Shown here: in pieces, positions 46,460 to 60,500 of the stretch
How positions within the stretch are numbered: the stretch's first letter is position 1
Layout of the letters: each line of letters starts with the position of its first letter
Origin: the human T2T-CHM13v2.0 reference genome, Homo sapiens
DNA length: 64,000 bases
Reading direction: 5' to 3' (one strand)
Assembly: GCF_009914755.1 (NCBI RefSeq)
Contig: NC_060934.1
The notes under the pieces: generated by a model
What the model was told of the DNA's origin: nothing
What the model saw: only the letters and a program-made list of their open reading frames with translations
Databases searched by the model: none
Made by a program: the position numbers and the translations under genes

Positions 46460-48544
46460 TAGATCCTCATTTCTAAATGAGGATGTGCTTTAGAAAATTG
46501 TTCAAGTGAATCTTTTATTTTTAGGGGAGAATCAAAAGGAATTGGAGACAAACAACAAGAGGTTTGTCCCCTGGGGAGCTAAAGATTTATCTAAAAAGCG
46601 ATGCATGGTTGCTGCCATCACAAGGGGGAGAGAGAGCACCAAAAATGAAACAAACCACAGGCATGAGAAAAGAAGAAAATATTTTTAAACACCAAATAAA
46701 TTTTAGATTTTCAAACTGTCTTCAAAAGGCATATCCCAGAAAGTCTGCCTGTGAAGCAACCTAGTATTCATTGTAATAATAATATCCACAGAAGTTACCA
46801 TGTGTCCACGTGGGTGCACTTTGCCATATTTGATTGATGATGATGATGATAGTGATGATGCTGGATTATAAGGCCATTAAAATTCATTATCCTGCAATGC
46901 ACGGATATTATCATATTTTGCATATTTCTGTAACTCAATGGGAAAATCTGAAGCAGGAATTTAAGGAACTGTATTTTATATTCCCTGACTTCCTATGGGA
47001 TTTTGGTTAAATCTCTTCAACTACCTTTCTAGTCGTTGAATGGAATTGGCTTAGAACAAACGTACTAGGCTCATAGCATGTACTTGTAGGTAAATATATG
47101 ACATCATCTATTTTTCTTGGCATTTTCTGGACACAGACTGGAGAATTTAAGCTGCTAAGTTCTCAGAAAATGGCTGTAAGAACTGAGTTTACCAGGTTAT
47201 TTAAAAACCATGCCAAGAAAGAAGAATTTGCAGGCAGGTCGTTGGTGGGTTGGGAGGAGAGGAGCTGCTCAACCACAGTGAAGTACAGAGATCCTCATCT
47301 TCTGCTCCATCTGGGCTCTTTCAGAACTGCCTGAGTTCTATCCCAGGCCTCCCAGGGCCACTAAAGGACCCGTCGCCCTCGTGAGTCTGTGCTGACAGCA
47401 GTCATTGGAACCCTGACTCTAACATAGACACACACAGCATGTTCTCCTGGTGTGGGAATAAATGTCTTTCAGGCATTTGTCCCTGCCTTAACTGACCTGG
47501 CCCCTCTAGGTCCAGGGGAAAGCCACAGATGTGGCAGTTTTGAGTCGCTTGAGATGAATGGAGTAGCCCTGGGTCACATGACATTGAAGACTGAGTCTGC
47601 GGTCTCTGTCGCGAAAGCAGCTTTCCCCTCGGTCGCATGCGATGCACCACGAACACTTTTCATTCCTGCCTGTGATGCCACAGAGCGGGGAGTCCAGCCA
47701 TAAGCTCTGCCTGGCCTCTGCAGACAGGCAGGCTACCAGGCCGTCCATGCCTCCAAGCCCTTTCTACAAAGCCAGCAAGGAAACAAATGCCCAGTCTGAA
47801 GAGATGATTTAAGGAGTTCAAACCTGCTGGCTCAAAACCCGACCTGTGCTCAGAAAACTAGAGTCTTGGATGCCCCTCTGCCCCGAATGCATCAGAATCT
47901 CGGCCAGAGTGCATGGGGTGAGCTGCATTGGTAAACACTGGCCTGGGACCCTGATAGATAAGCCAGAGCTGGAAACAACAAACTTGAATGCCTTCCGAAG
48001 CTAGCAGGTGACACAGCTCCCAAAATACCTGAGACCAATTGGCATTGATACCATGTCTGAGGCCTCCAGGAATGGGGAATTTATGATCTAGACAAATGTT
48101 TTTGAGGGGAAAAATAAAATGGGGCCATCTAGAATTTCTCGAGCCACATGCATCCCAGGAAAGTGGGGCTGGATGGCAACCCCAGGGCCCTTGTGTTGTG
48201 TCTAAGACTTGGAGCCCCTGAGCCTGGGCCTCGGGTGGCTGGGGCTTGGGGAATTCCTGGTCCTGCTGAGCTGTTGGGGCAGGTTGCTGCCGGGAGCCAG
48301 CTGCTCAGCAGCCACCAGAGAGTCAGAAGTGTGCTCCTAGAAACCCCAAGTCAGACTCACTTCTCTCCTGGGCCTTTACATGATACTTACTATCATGATT
48401 ATTTAAACCTATCTACAGAAATTTTTTCTTATGCCCTACTCTGTGTTCCTTCATTTTTAAAAGAAGGGGGAACAATCTTGGGCACCAAACTTCTTTTTGA
48501 CTTAATCACGTCATAGTTATATTGATAGATCTGATGCATCAGAT

Positions 48545-48938
48545 ACGTGTCGTGTGCTTGTGTGTGCACATATGCTTATGTATGTGTTTGTGTGTGCACA
48601 TGTGCTTGTGTTTGTGCACACATGTGCTTATGTATGTGTGTGTATGTGCAGATGTGCTTATGTACGTTTGTGTGTGCACACGTGCTTATGTACATGTGTT
48701 TGCGTGCACATGTGCTTATGTCTGTGCACATGTGCATGTGTGTGCACATATGTGCTTATGTATGCGTGTTCATGTGTGCACTTGTGCTTGTTTGTATGTG
48801 CACGTGATTACATGTGTGCACATATGTGCTTCTGTGTGTACATGTGTTTATGTGTGTGCGTGTACATGTACTTATGTATGTTTTTGTGCACATGTGCTTA
48901 CGTGTGTGTGTGTGTGTATGTGTGGGTATATATGTGTG
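48545..48938. repeat. Alternating purine-pyrimidine (TG/CA/TA) low-complexity tract
   Basis: Repeated tgtgcacatgtgcttatg. Confidence 0.92.
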
Positions 48939-51180
48939 AGAAAGGGAGAAGTCTGGCACAGTTGAGAGAGGGGCTAGCAGGCGTGGCCACTGTGGAGATG
49001 CACAATCGCTCGATGCAGGCCAAAGGGGAGACTGAGGAAGGGATGAGCTCAAGTGACCAGGACCAAGCACTGTGCTGGTGAGAGGAGACATGGCAGGTCC
49101 AGAAGGGGCCAGAGGCAGAGAGCACTCGAGAAGACTGAAACCTCTGTGCAGAGTCTCCTTCGGTTTCAGATGAGCTCCTCTGGCCCCCAGCAAAGGTCTC
49201 GGTGGAGGGGACTGAGCTCTCTGCACTCTGCGGCCTCTGCATTTGTGAGAATAACATCATGGCCCTCAGGGCTTCCTTTGTTCCCTGGGCTTCTTTTGGG
49301 AATGTGGTCCTCTGAATTGGAGGGGCAGTGCCGCTGGGTTTCTGCAGGGTTAATCCATAGGAGGGAGGCAGTGCCAGCTGCAGACCTCTGGGAACAGTGC
49401 AAACTGGATGTGTCCAGCTCCCGCCGTCAGCCTTTCCTTTGGGGGCTTGTCACCATCGACACTGCCCTTGGCTAGCCCTGGAGGAGCCCCTCACAGCAAA
49501 AGCCTGGCCACTGGCATCCCCTTATCCATGGTCCAACCCTCTTTAAAGGGTAACAAAGACATACACCGCCTGAGTTAGCAACGTGGAGACCCCTGCCTCT
49601 TATTGTAAAGGAGCTTAAAGCATCTCTCTGCAGGGGAAATGGCAGGAGTTGTTCCTGAAGGTCTCTGCCTTCCTCAGGCAGTTCAAAGGATGCAGAGCCA
49701 GCTCTCTGAAGGGTCCTTCCAAGCAGAGAACAGCAGGAACTTGAGTTCTCCTGCCTTTACTGAGTGACTTTGGCAGATGAGTCCCTGTTATAGGAGAGTT
49801 CACCAAGTACCTTCCTTCTCCACGCTCTCCAGATGGGAGAGCGGAGGAGTGGCACCAGCCCAATGCAGAGGCACAGCACAGGCAGGAGTTTCTCAATTTT
49901 GCCTGGCATATCTGCTGCAAAAATGTGAGAAAAATGCTTTATTTTTTCTCCTACCAGCACCTGCCACTTCTTAAAAGCACCATGAAATAAAAGACATCTG
50001 TGTCTGGAAGTGAACCTCAGGGTGCCTCGGAGAACGTATTTGTTTTTCTAAAGCACAGACACTGCAGTAGAAAGTGAGGGCTGGCTGGAGAGGCTGCAGT
50101 TGGTGATCGATGTACAGAGATGTGGGAGGCCCAGTGGACTAGAACTGTCCCCTGGGGAGACCACGGGGTCTCAGGCGTGGACAAGGCTCCTGCTGTTCTC
50201 ACTCAGCCCTCTCCCAACTCCCACCAGGGACACATTAGCCAAGGAAGAGGCTGGATAACTCAGCACCAACCCCAAGCATTTGGCGGGACTTTTCCTCTCA
50301 ATTCTGAGGGTTCCTAGCTGGGTCTTTACGATGCCAACCCTTTAAAGAAGAATGGAAAGATAATTCCCAGTAGCTGTCCAATGGACCAGATTTCACAAAA
50401 TTCCCAATAGCTGTGCAGTGTACCAGATTTCACAGTTTTATAGGGTGAGCTGGTATCATGTAGCTCTGGCTTGCTGAATATGTCCAGTGAAAATGAAGCC
50501 ACTCCTGGTGGTTTTTCTGTCTCTCTCTTCCTGAGTTGGCCTGGTAGTGGGGGGTGCCCTGTGTGATCTTGTGGGGCCACACTGGGCTCCCTTCCCTCTG
50601 GGGAGGGCTGTGTCCACTTCTCAGGTACTCAGGCTGCCCCTGCCTCTCTCTCCCTACTGCAGGAAGTTCCTTTAAAAGTCCCTGAGGTTGAACAGGCTTC
50701 CTTTTCTTCATTCCCAGTTTGACGGGATTCTCTCATTTAATTTCCAAAGGGTGTGGAAATACTACCCAAATTCAAATTCACTTACAGAGAACCCTATCCA
50801 GCCATGCCAGAGGATCCACTTACAGAGAACCGTATCCAGCCATCCCAAAGGGAAAGCAGTGGGGCTGGAGGGAAGTCCGCAAAAAGGAGGAGGAATGTTT
50901 CTGGGCCAGCATCCCATGTGAGGACTGCAGAATCAGGCTAAGCTCGTGTGAGATTAAAGACACCATTATCCCCACACCTTCTTGTCTTTGGTGGAGGCTG
51001 CATGACAAGCCTGACAACAGCAGGGCATAACAAAAATGCTTAATTTTCCTTACCTTGGTAATTAAACCACCATGTAGCCTTCCACCGGAGGAGAGTCAGG
51101 CCAAAGCCAAGCCTTAATAGCTGTGTGCTGTCCATGTATGTCTGCCAGAGATTTCCTCCCTCATCAGGACTGGACTCCTC

Positions 51181-52027
51181 ATCATACACATATCACATAC
51201 ACCACACACACCACACACATAGCACACACACCGCACACACACCGCACACATAGCACACACACCACATACACCACTGCATTGCCTGCATTGAAAGATCTGC
51301 CTGGAGCTGCTTCTGGAAAGGGTGTGGGAGCATGTGAATGTGTGTGCGGTGTATGTGATATGCACGTGGTGTATGTCGTATACATGTGTGTTGTATATGC
51401 TGTGTGTGGTGTGTGTGGTCTGTGTGTGGTGTGTGTGGTATGCGTGGTATGCATGTGCTTGTGGCATGTGTGTGGTATATGTGGTGTGTGTTTGCAGTGT
51501 ATGTGGTATGCATGTATGGCATATATGGCATGCGTGTAGTGTACATGCTATGCATGTGTATGTGGTATGTGCTGTGTGTGATGTGTGGTATATGTGGTAT
51601 GTGTGTGTGGTGTATGTGCTATGTGTGTGGTGTGTGGTATGCATGTGGTATATGTGGTATGTGTTTGTGGTATATGATGTGTGTGGTGTATGTGGTCTGT
51701 GTGTGGTATATGTGGTATGCATGTGGTGCTTGTGACGTGTGTGGTATATGTGGTGTGTGCAGTGTATGTGGTATGTGTGTAGTGTATGTGACATGAGTAG
51801 TGTATGTGGTATGTGGTGTGTGTGGTATATATGGTATGTGTGTGGTGTATGTGGTTTGTGTGTAGTGATATGCATGTGCTATATGTGGTATGTGTGTGGT
51901 ATATGTGGTATGCGTGTAGTGTATGTGGTGTGTGTGTTGTATGTGTGTGGTGTGTGTGGTATACATGTGTGGTATATGTGGTGTGTGTGTGGTGTATGTG
52001 GTATATACATATATGTGTGTGACATAT
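51181..52027. repeat. CA-rich block (51181-51274) followed by a long TG-rich block (51330-52027)
   Basis: The two blocks are the same degenerate repeat in opposite orientation. Confidence 0.93.
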
Positions 52028-52749
52028 GCAGATAGCACTAAGCAATAGGATTTCATCATTAAAATGAAAGAGAGGAGTTTCCCTGAAGCACCTTTTCTTT
52101 TATCATGGAGTTGGTGATGTCAAGGGTGGCTTCAAGGGAGAGCCCCACCCTGCCCCACGCCCTGCCCTCCGACCCTGGCAATCGCAGCATCACTGCCCTT
52201 TGCTGATGGAGAGGACAGAGGGGCAGGGGCTGCGTGGATGCGTTCTGTCTCACCTCCATCGATAAATGCTCACAGGGCGGGTTTGCAGTGGAACTTTATA
52301 GTTCACCTGGGGAAACCCCTTTGCAGGGAATCACTCATCCCTGGCTTGGTTGCAAAAGCTGAGCTTTTTTCCTCCCCAACGCTGTGAGCAAAGGCAAGCA
52401 GAGCCAGTGAGAATTTGCTCCCAGCCTGCGTAACTCTCACTGGCCTTCCCTTCATTCCATTTTCCCAGCCCAGGACACAGGGATTGTCTGAGTTATTAAA
52501 GCAGAGAACTATGGCAATTAGGTAGCTAATTTTAGGCCTCAGACTACTCTTCTGCCAATCACTTGAGCATTTCAGACTAAGATTTTGGAGGCATGGTTAT
52601 CCCACTAATTGTAGACTCAATCCCCTTCCAGTACCCAAGGGCCCCACACACCGCGCCCCTGCCCTGGGCTGTGAAAGCCCAGGACAGAGTCCCAGATAGA
52701 GGGAGCTGGGGGCTGTTGGCCTACAGAAGGTAAAAGCATGGTCTCTTAC

Positions 52750-52901
52750 GGTCTGTGGTGATCTCGTAGGGAGAGTGGAGTCTTGCGTCTCCACAGGGGG
52801 AGGTGCTCACGTAGAGATGGAAGAGGATGTTCTCTCGCAGCCGGTAGCCACCTTCTTTTAACCGCACGAATATCGATCGCTCTGAGTCCTCGCGCCGCTT
52901 G
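52750..52901 (-). CDS. ADARB2: ADAR3 coding exon (exon 6) with PCG zinc-ligand motif
   Basis: Encodes (S)[50 protein letters not shown](L); acceptor ccctag|C, donor C|gtaaga; 152 nt; phase matches both neighbouring exons. Confidence 0.97.
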
Positions 52902-52989
52902 CTAGGGTCACAAAGAGGTTTGGGGTCATTTATCACAAACCAAACCAGAAATGTTCCAACCAGGTGAACGCTTGAGTCCTGTTTTGTAG

Positions 52990-54100
<1,111 letters not shown>

Positions 54101-54513
54101 CCACCATGATCTTTTACCAAGCCATTTTTTCCCACTGCTGTTCGCCCACATCTATCTGTCTACACACCTGTGATTCTGTGGATTTGCCAGTGCTGCTCAT
54201 GGCCATACCTCACAGTGGACTGTGGGTTTGACGTAGCCTGAGTGGGCAGCTTGTGTGTGATTAAAAGGAGGAAAAGAGCTGTAGGAAGGCCTGGGCTCCG
54301 TCACCAGCACAGGTGGGAGTGGAGAACCGTGGCGAAACGGCTTTCCTTCTGCATCCAGCCATGACCCAGGTGGGGCGGGAGAGTTCCCAGCCTCTCTGAT
54401 GGTGAATGATTTGCCTGTTGCAAAACTCCCACCAGCTGTGAAGCTGGAGCTGAGCAGCCCCACCTCTGCCCCATCGGAGTGGGCGCTGAACGAACATGCC
54501 TGCATTTCCTTCT

Positions 54514-57500
54514 TCGGTGTTTACCCTCTGTCTCCCGGTGTTTACTCCCCTCTCCCTCCCGGTGTTTACTCCCCTCTGCCTCCCGGTGTTTACTCCCCTC
54601 TCCCTCCCGGTGTTTACTCCCCTCTCCCTCCCGGTGTTTACTCCCCCCTGCCTCCCGGTGTTTACTCCCCTCTGTCTCCCGGTGTTTACTCCCCCTCTGC
54701 CTCCCGGTGTTTACTCCCCTCTCCCTCCCGGTGTTTACTCCCCCCTGCCTCCCGGTGTTTACTCCCCCCTGCCTCCCGGTGTTTACTCCCCTCTGTCTCC
54801 CGGTGTTTACTCCCCCCTCCCTCCCGGTGTTTACTCCCCCCTCCCTCCCGGTGTTTACTCCCCTCTCCCTCCCGGTGTTTACTCCCCCCTGCCTCCCGGT
54901 GTTTACTCCCCCCTGCCTCCCGGTGTTTACTCCCCTCTCCCTCCCGGTGTTTACTCCCCCCTGCCTCCCGGTGTTTACTCCCCCCTCCCTCCCGGTGTTT
55001 ACTCCCCCCTGCCTCCCGGTGTTCACTCCCCCCTGCCTCCCGGTGTTTACTCCCCTCTGCCTCCCGGTGTTTACTCCCCTCTGTCTCCCGGTGTTTACTC
55101 CCCTCTCCCTCCCGGTGTTTACTCCCCCCTGCCTCCCGGTGTTTACTCCCCCCTGCCTCCCGGTGTTTACTCCCCTCTGCCTCCCGGTGTTTACTCCCCT
55201 CTCCCTCCCGGTGTTTACTCCCCCCTGCCTCCCGGTGTTTACTCCCCCCTGCCTCCCGGTGTTTACTCCCCTCTGCCTCCCGGTGTTTACTCCCCTCTCC
55301 CTCCCGGTGTTTACTCCCCCCTGCCTCCCGGTGTTTACTCCCCTCTGCCTCCCGGTGTTTACTCCCCCCTCCCTCCCGGTGTTTACTCCCCTCTGCCTCC
55401 CGGTGTTTACTCCCCTCTCCCTCCCGGTGTTTACTCCCCTCTGCCTCCCGGTGTTTACTCCCCCCTGCCTCCCGGTGTTTACTCCCCTCTGCCTCCCGGT
55501 GTTTACTCCCCTCTCCCTCCCGGTGTTTACTCCCCCCTGCCTCCCGGTGTTTACTCCCCCCTCCCTCCCGGTGTTTACTCCCCTCTGCCTCCCGGTGTTT
55601 ACTCCCCTCTCCCTCCCGGTGTTTACTCCCCTCTCCCTCCCGGTGTTTACTCCCCCCTCCCTCCCGGTGTTTACTCCCCTCTGCCTCCCGGTGTTTACTC
55701 CCCTCTGCATCCCGGTGTTTACTCCCCTCTGCCTCCCGGTGTTTACTCCCCTCTCCCTCCCGGTGTTTACTCCCCCCTGCCTCCCGGTGTTTACTCCCCC
55801 CTGCCTCCCGGTGTTTACTCCCCCCTCCCTCCCGGTGTTTACTCCCCTCTCCCTCCCGGTGTTTACTCCCCTCTCCCTCCCGGTGTTTACTCCCCTCTCC
55901 CTCCCGGTGTTTACTCCCCTCTCCCTCCCGGTGTTCACTCCCCTCTGCCTCCCGGTGTTTACTCCCCTCTCCCTCCCGGTGTTTACTCCCCTCTCCCTCC
56001 CGGTGTTTACTCCCCCCTCCCTCCCGGTGTTTACTCCCCTCTGCCTCCCGGTGTTTACTCCCCTCTGCCTCCCGGTGTTTACTCCCCTCTCCCTCCCGGT
56101 GTTTACTCCCCTCTGCCTCCCGGTGTTTACTCCCCTCTGCCTCCCGGTGTTTACTCCCCTCTGCCTCCCGGTGTTTACTCCCCTCTGCCTCCCGGTGTTT
56201 ACTCCCCTCTCCCTCCCGGTGTTTACTCCCCCCTGCCTCCCGGTGTTTACTCCCCTCTGCCTCCCGGTGTTTACTCCCCTCTGCCTCCCGGTGTTTACTC
56301 CCCTCTGCCTCCCGGTGTTTACTCCCCTCTGCCTCCCGGTGTTTACTCCCCTCTCCCTCCCGGTGTTTACTCCCCCCTGCCTCCCGGTGTTTACTCCCCT
56401 CTGCCTCCCGGTGTTTACTCCCCTCTGCCTCCCGGTGTTTACTCCCCTCTGCCTCCCGGTGTTTACTCCCCCTCTGCCTCCCGGTGTTTACTCCCCTCTC
56501 CCTCCCGGTGTTTACTCCCCCCTGCCTCCCGGTGTTTACTCCCCTCTGCCTCCCGGTGTTTACTCCCCTCTGCCTCCCGGTGTTTACTCCCCTCTGCCTC
56601 CCGGTGTTTACTCCCCTCTGCCTCCCGGTGTTTACTCCCCTCTGTCTCCCGGTGTTTACTCCCCTCTGCCTCCCGGTGTTTACTCCCCTCTGCCTCCCGG
56701 TGTTTACTCCCCTCTGCCTCCCGGTGTTTACTCCCCTCTGCCTCCCGGTGTTTACTCCCCTCTGTCTCCCGGTGTTTACTCCCCTCTCCCTCCCGGTGTT
56801 TACTCCCCCCTCCCTCCCGGTGTTTACTCCCCTCTCCCTCCCGGTGTTTACTCCCCTCTGCCTCCCGGTGTTTACTCCCCTCTGTCTCCCGGTGTTTACT
56901 CCCCTCTCCCTCCCGGTGTTTACTCCCCTCTGCATCCCGGTGTTTACTCCCCTCTCCCTCCCGGTGTTTACTCCCCTCTCCCTCCCGGTGTTTACTCCCC
57001 CCTGCCTCCCGGTGTTTACTCCCCCCTCCCTCCCGGTGTTTACTCCCCTCTGCCTCCCGGTGTTTACTCCCCTCTGCCTCCCGGTGTTTACTCCCCTCTG
57101 TCTCCCGGTGTTTACTCCCCTCTCCCTCCCGGTGTTTACTCCCCCTCCCTCCCGGTGTTTACTCCCCCCTCCCTCCCGGTGTTTACTCCCCTCTGTCTCC
57201 CGGTGTTTACTCCCCTCTGCCTCCCGGTGTTTACTCCCCTCTCCCTCCCGGTGTTTACTCCCCCTCCCTCCCGGTGTTTACTCCCCCCTCCCTCCCGGTG
57301 TTTACTCCCCTCTGTCTCCCGGTGTTTACTCCCCTCTGTCTCCCGGTGTTTACTCCCCCTCTCCCTCCCGGTGTTTACTCCCCTCTCCCTCCCGGTGTTT
57401 ACTCCCCTCTGCCTCCCGGTGTTTACTCCCCTCTGCCTCCCGGTGTTTACTCCCCCCTCCCTCCCGGTGTTTACTCCCCTCTGCATCCCGGTGTTTACTC

Positions 57501-60500
57501 CCCCTCTCCCTCCCGGTGTTTACTCCCCTCTGTCTCCCGGTGTTTACTCCCCTCTCCCTCCCGGTGTTTACTCCCCTCTGCCTCCCGGTGTTTACTCCCC
57601 TCTGCCTCCCGGTGTTTACTCCCCTCTGCCTCCCGGTGTTTACTCCCCTCTGCCTCCCGGTGTTTACTCCCCTCTGCCTCCCGGTGTTTACTCCCCTCTG
57701 TCTCCCGGTGTTTACTCCCCTCTGCCTCCCGGTGTTTACTCCCCTCTCCCTCCCGGTGTTTACTCCCCTCTCCCTCCCGGTGTTTACTCCCCTCTGCATC
57801 CCGGTGTTTACTCCCCCTCTCCCTCCCGGTGTTTACTCCCCTCTCCCTCCCGGTGTTTACTCCCCTCTGCCTCCCGGTGTTTACTCCCCTCTCCCTCCCG
57901 GTGTTTACTCCCCTCTCCCTCCCGGTGTTTACTCCCCTCTGCATCCCGGTGTTTACTCCCCTCTGCCTCCCGGTGTTTACTCCCCTCTCCCTCCCGGTGT
58001 TTACTCCCCCCTCCCTCCCGGTGTTTACTCCCCTCTGTCTCCCGGTGTTTACTCCCCTCTGCCTCCCGGTGTTTACTCCCCTCTGCATCCCGGTGTTTAC
58101 TCCCCTCTCCCTCCCGGTGTTTACTCCCCTCTCCCTCCCGGTGTTTACTCCCCCCTGCCTCCCGGTGTTTACTCCCCCCTCCCTCCCGGTGTTTACTCCC
58201 CTCTGCCTCCCGGTGTTTACTCCCCTCTGCCTCCCGGTGTTTACTCCCCTCTCCCTCCCGGTGTTTACTCCCCTCTCCCTCCCGGTGTTTACTCCCCCCT
58301 GCCTCCCGGTGTTTACTCCCCCCTCCCTCCCGGTGTTTACTCCCCTCTGCCTCCCGGTGTTTACTCCCCCCTGCCTCCCGGTGTTTACTCCCCTCTCCCT
58401 CCCGGTGTTTACTCCCCTCTGTCTCCCGGTGTTTACTCCCCTCTGCCTCCCGGTGTTTACTCCCCTCTCCCTCCCGGTGTTTACTCCCCTCTCCCTCCCG
58501 GTGTTTACTCCCCTCTGCATCCCGGTGTTTACTCCCCCTCTCCCTCCCGGTGTTTACTCCCCCCTCCCTCCCGGTGTTTACTCCCCTCTGTCTCCCGGTG
58601 TTTACTCCCCTCTGCCTCCCGGTGTTTACTCCCCTCTCCCTCCCGGTGTTTACTCCCCTCTCCCTCCCGGTGTTTACTCCCCTCTGTCTCCCGGTGTTTA
58701 CTCCCCTCTGTCTCCCGGTGTTTACTCCCCTCTCCCTCCCGGTGTTTACTCCCCTCTGCCTCCCGGTGTTTACTCCCCTCTCCCTCCCGGTGTTTACTCC
58801 CCCCTGCCTCCCGGTGTTTACTCCCCCCTCCCTCCCGGTGTTTACTCCCCTCTGCCTCCCGGTGTTTACTCCCCCCTCCCTCCCGGTGTTTACTCCCCTC
58901 TGCCTCCCGGTGTTTACTCCCCCCTGCCTCCCGGTGTTCACTCCCCCCTCCCTCCCGGTGTTTACTCCCCTCTCCCTCCCGGTGTTTACTCCCCTCTGCC
59001 TCCCGGTGTTTACTCCCCCCTCCCTCCCGGTGTTTACTCCCCTCTCCCTCCCGGTGTTTACTCCCCTCTGTCTCCCGGTGTTTACTCCCCTCTGCCTCCC
59101 GGTGTTTACTCCCCTCTGCATCCCGGTGTTTACTCCCCTCTCCCTCCCGGTGTTTACTCCCCTCTGCCTCCCGGTGTTTACTCCCCCCTCCCTCCCGGTG
59201 TTTACTCCCCTCTGCCTCCCGGTGTTTACTCCCCTCTCCCTCCCGGTGTTTACTCCCCCCTCCCTCCCGGTGTTTACTCCCCTCTCCCTCCCGGTGTTTA
59301 CTCCCCTCTGCCTCCCGGTGTTTACTCCCCCCTCCCTCCCGGTGTTTACTCCCCTCTCCCTCCCGGTGTTTACTCCCCCCTCCCTCCCGGTGTTTACTCC
59401 CCTCTCCCTCCCGGTGTTTACTCCCCCCTCCCTCCCGGTGTTTACTCCCCTCTGCATCCCGGTGTTTACTCCCCCTCTCCCTCCCGGTGTTTACTCCCCT
59501 CTCCCTCCCGGTGTTTACTCCCCTCTGCCTCCCGGTGTTTACTCCCCTCTCCCTCCCGGTGTTTACTCCCCCCTCCCTCCCGGTGTTTACTCCCCTCTCC
59601 CTCCCGGTGTTTACTCCCCTCTGCCTCCCGGTGTTTACTCCCCTCTCCCTCCCGGTGTTTACTCCCCTCTCCCTCCCGGTGTTTACTCCCCCCCTGCCTC
59701 CCGGTGTTTACTCCCCTCTCCCTCCCGGTGTTTACTCCCCTCTCCCTCCCGGTGTTTACTCCCCCCTCCCTCCCGGTGTTTACTCCCCTCTCCCTCCCGG
59801 TGTTTACTCCCCCCTCCCTCCCGGTGTTTACTCCCCTCTGCCTCCCGGTGTTTACTCCCCTCTTCCTCCCGGTGTTTACTCCCCCCTCCCTCCCGGTGTT
59901 TACTCCCCTCTCCCTCCCGGTGTTTACTCCCCTCTGCCTCCCGGTGTTTACTCCCCCCTCCCTCCCGGTGTTTACTCCCCTCTCCCTCCCGGTGTTTACT
60001 CCCCTCTGCCTCCCGGTGTTTACTCCCCCCTCCCTCCCGGTGTTTACTCCCCTCTGCCTCCCGGTGTTTACTCCCCTCTCCCTCCCGGTGTTTACTCCCC
60101 TCTGCCTCCCGGTGTTTACTCCCCTCTGCCTCCCGGTGTTTACTCCCCTCTGCATCCCGGTGTTTACTCCCCCTCTCCCTCCCGGTGTTTACTCCCCTCT
60201 CCCTCCCGGTGTTTACTCCCCTCTGTCTCCCGGTGTTTACTCCCCTCTCCCTCCCGGTGTTTACTCCCCTCTCCCTCCCGGTGTTTACTCCCCCCTGCCT
60301 CCCGGTGTTTACTCCCCCCTCCCTCCCGGTGTTTACTCCCCTCTGCCTCCCGGTGTTTACTCCCCTCTGCCTCCCGGTGTTTACTCCCCCCTGCCTCCCG
60401 GTGTTTACTCCCCTCTCCCTCCCGGTGTTTACTCCCCCCTGCCTCCCGGTGTTTACTCCCCCCTCCCTCCCGGTGTTTACTCCCCTCTGCCTCCCGGTGT

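Noticed and set aside
51114-52059. His/Thr- and Cys/Val-rich ORFs (also 48522-49081)
   Set aside because: Low-complexity CA/TG repeats.
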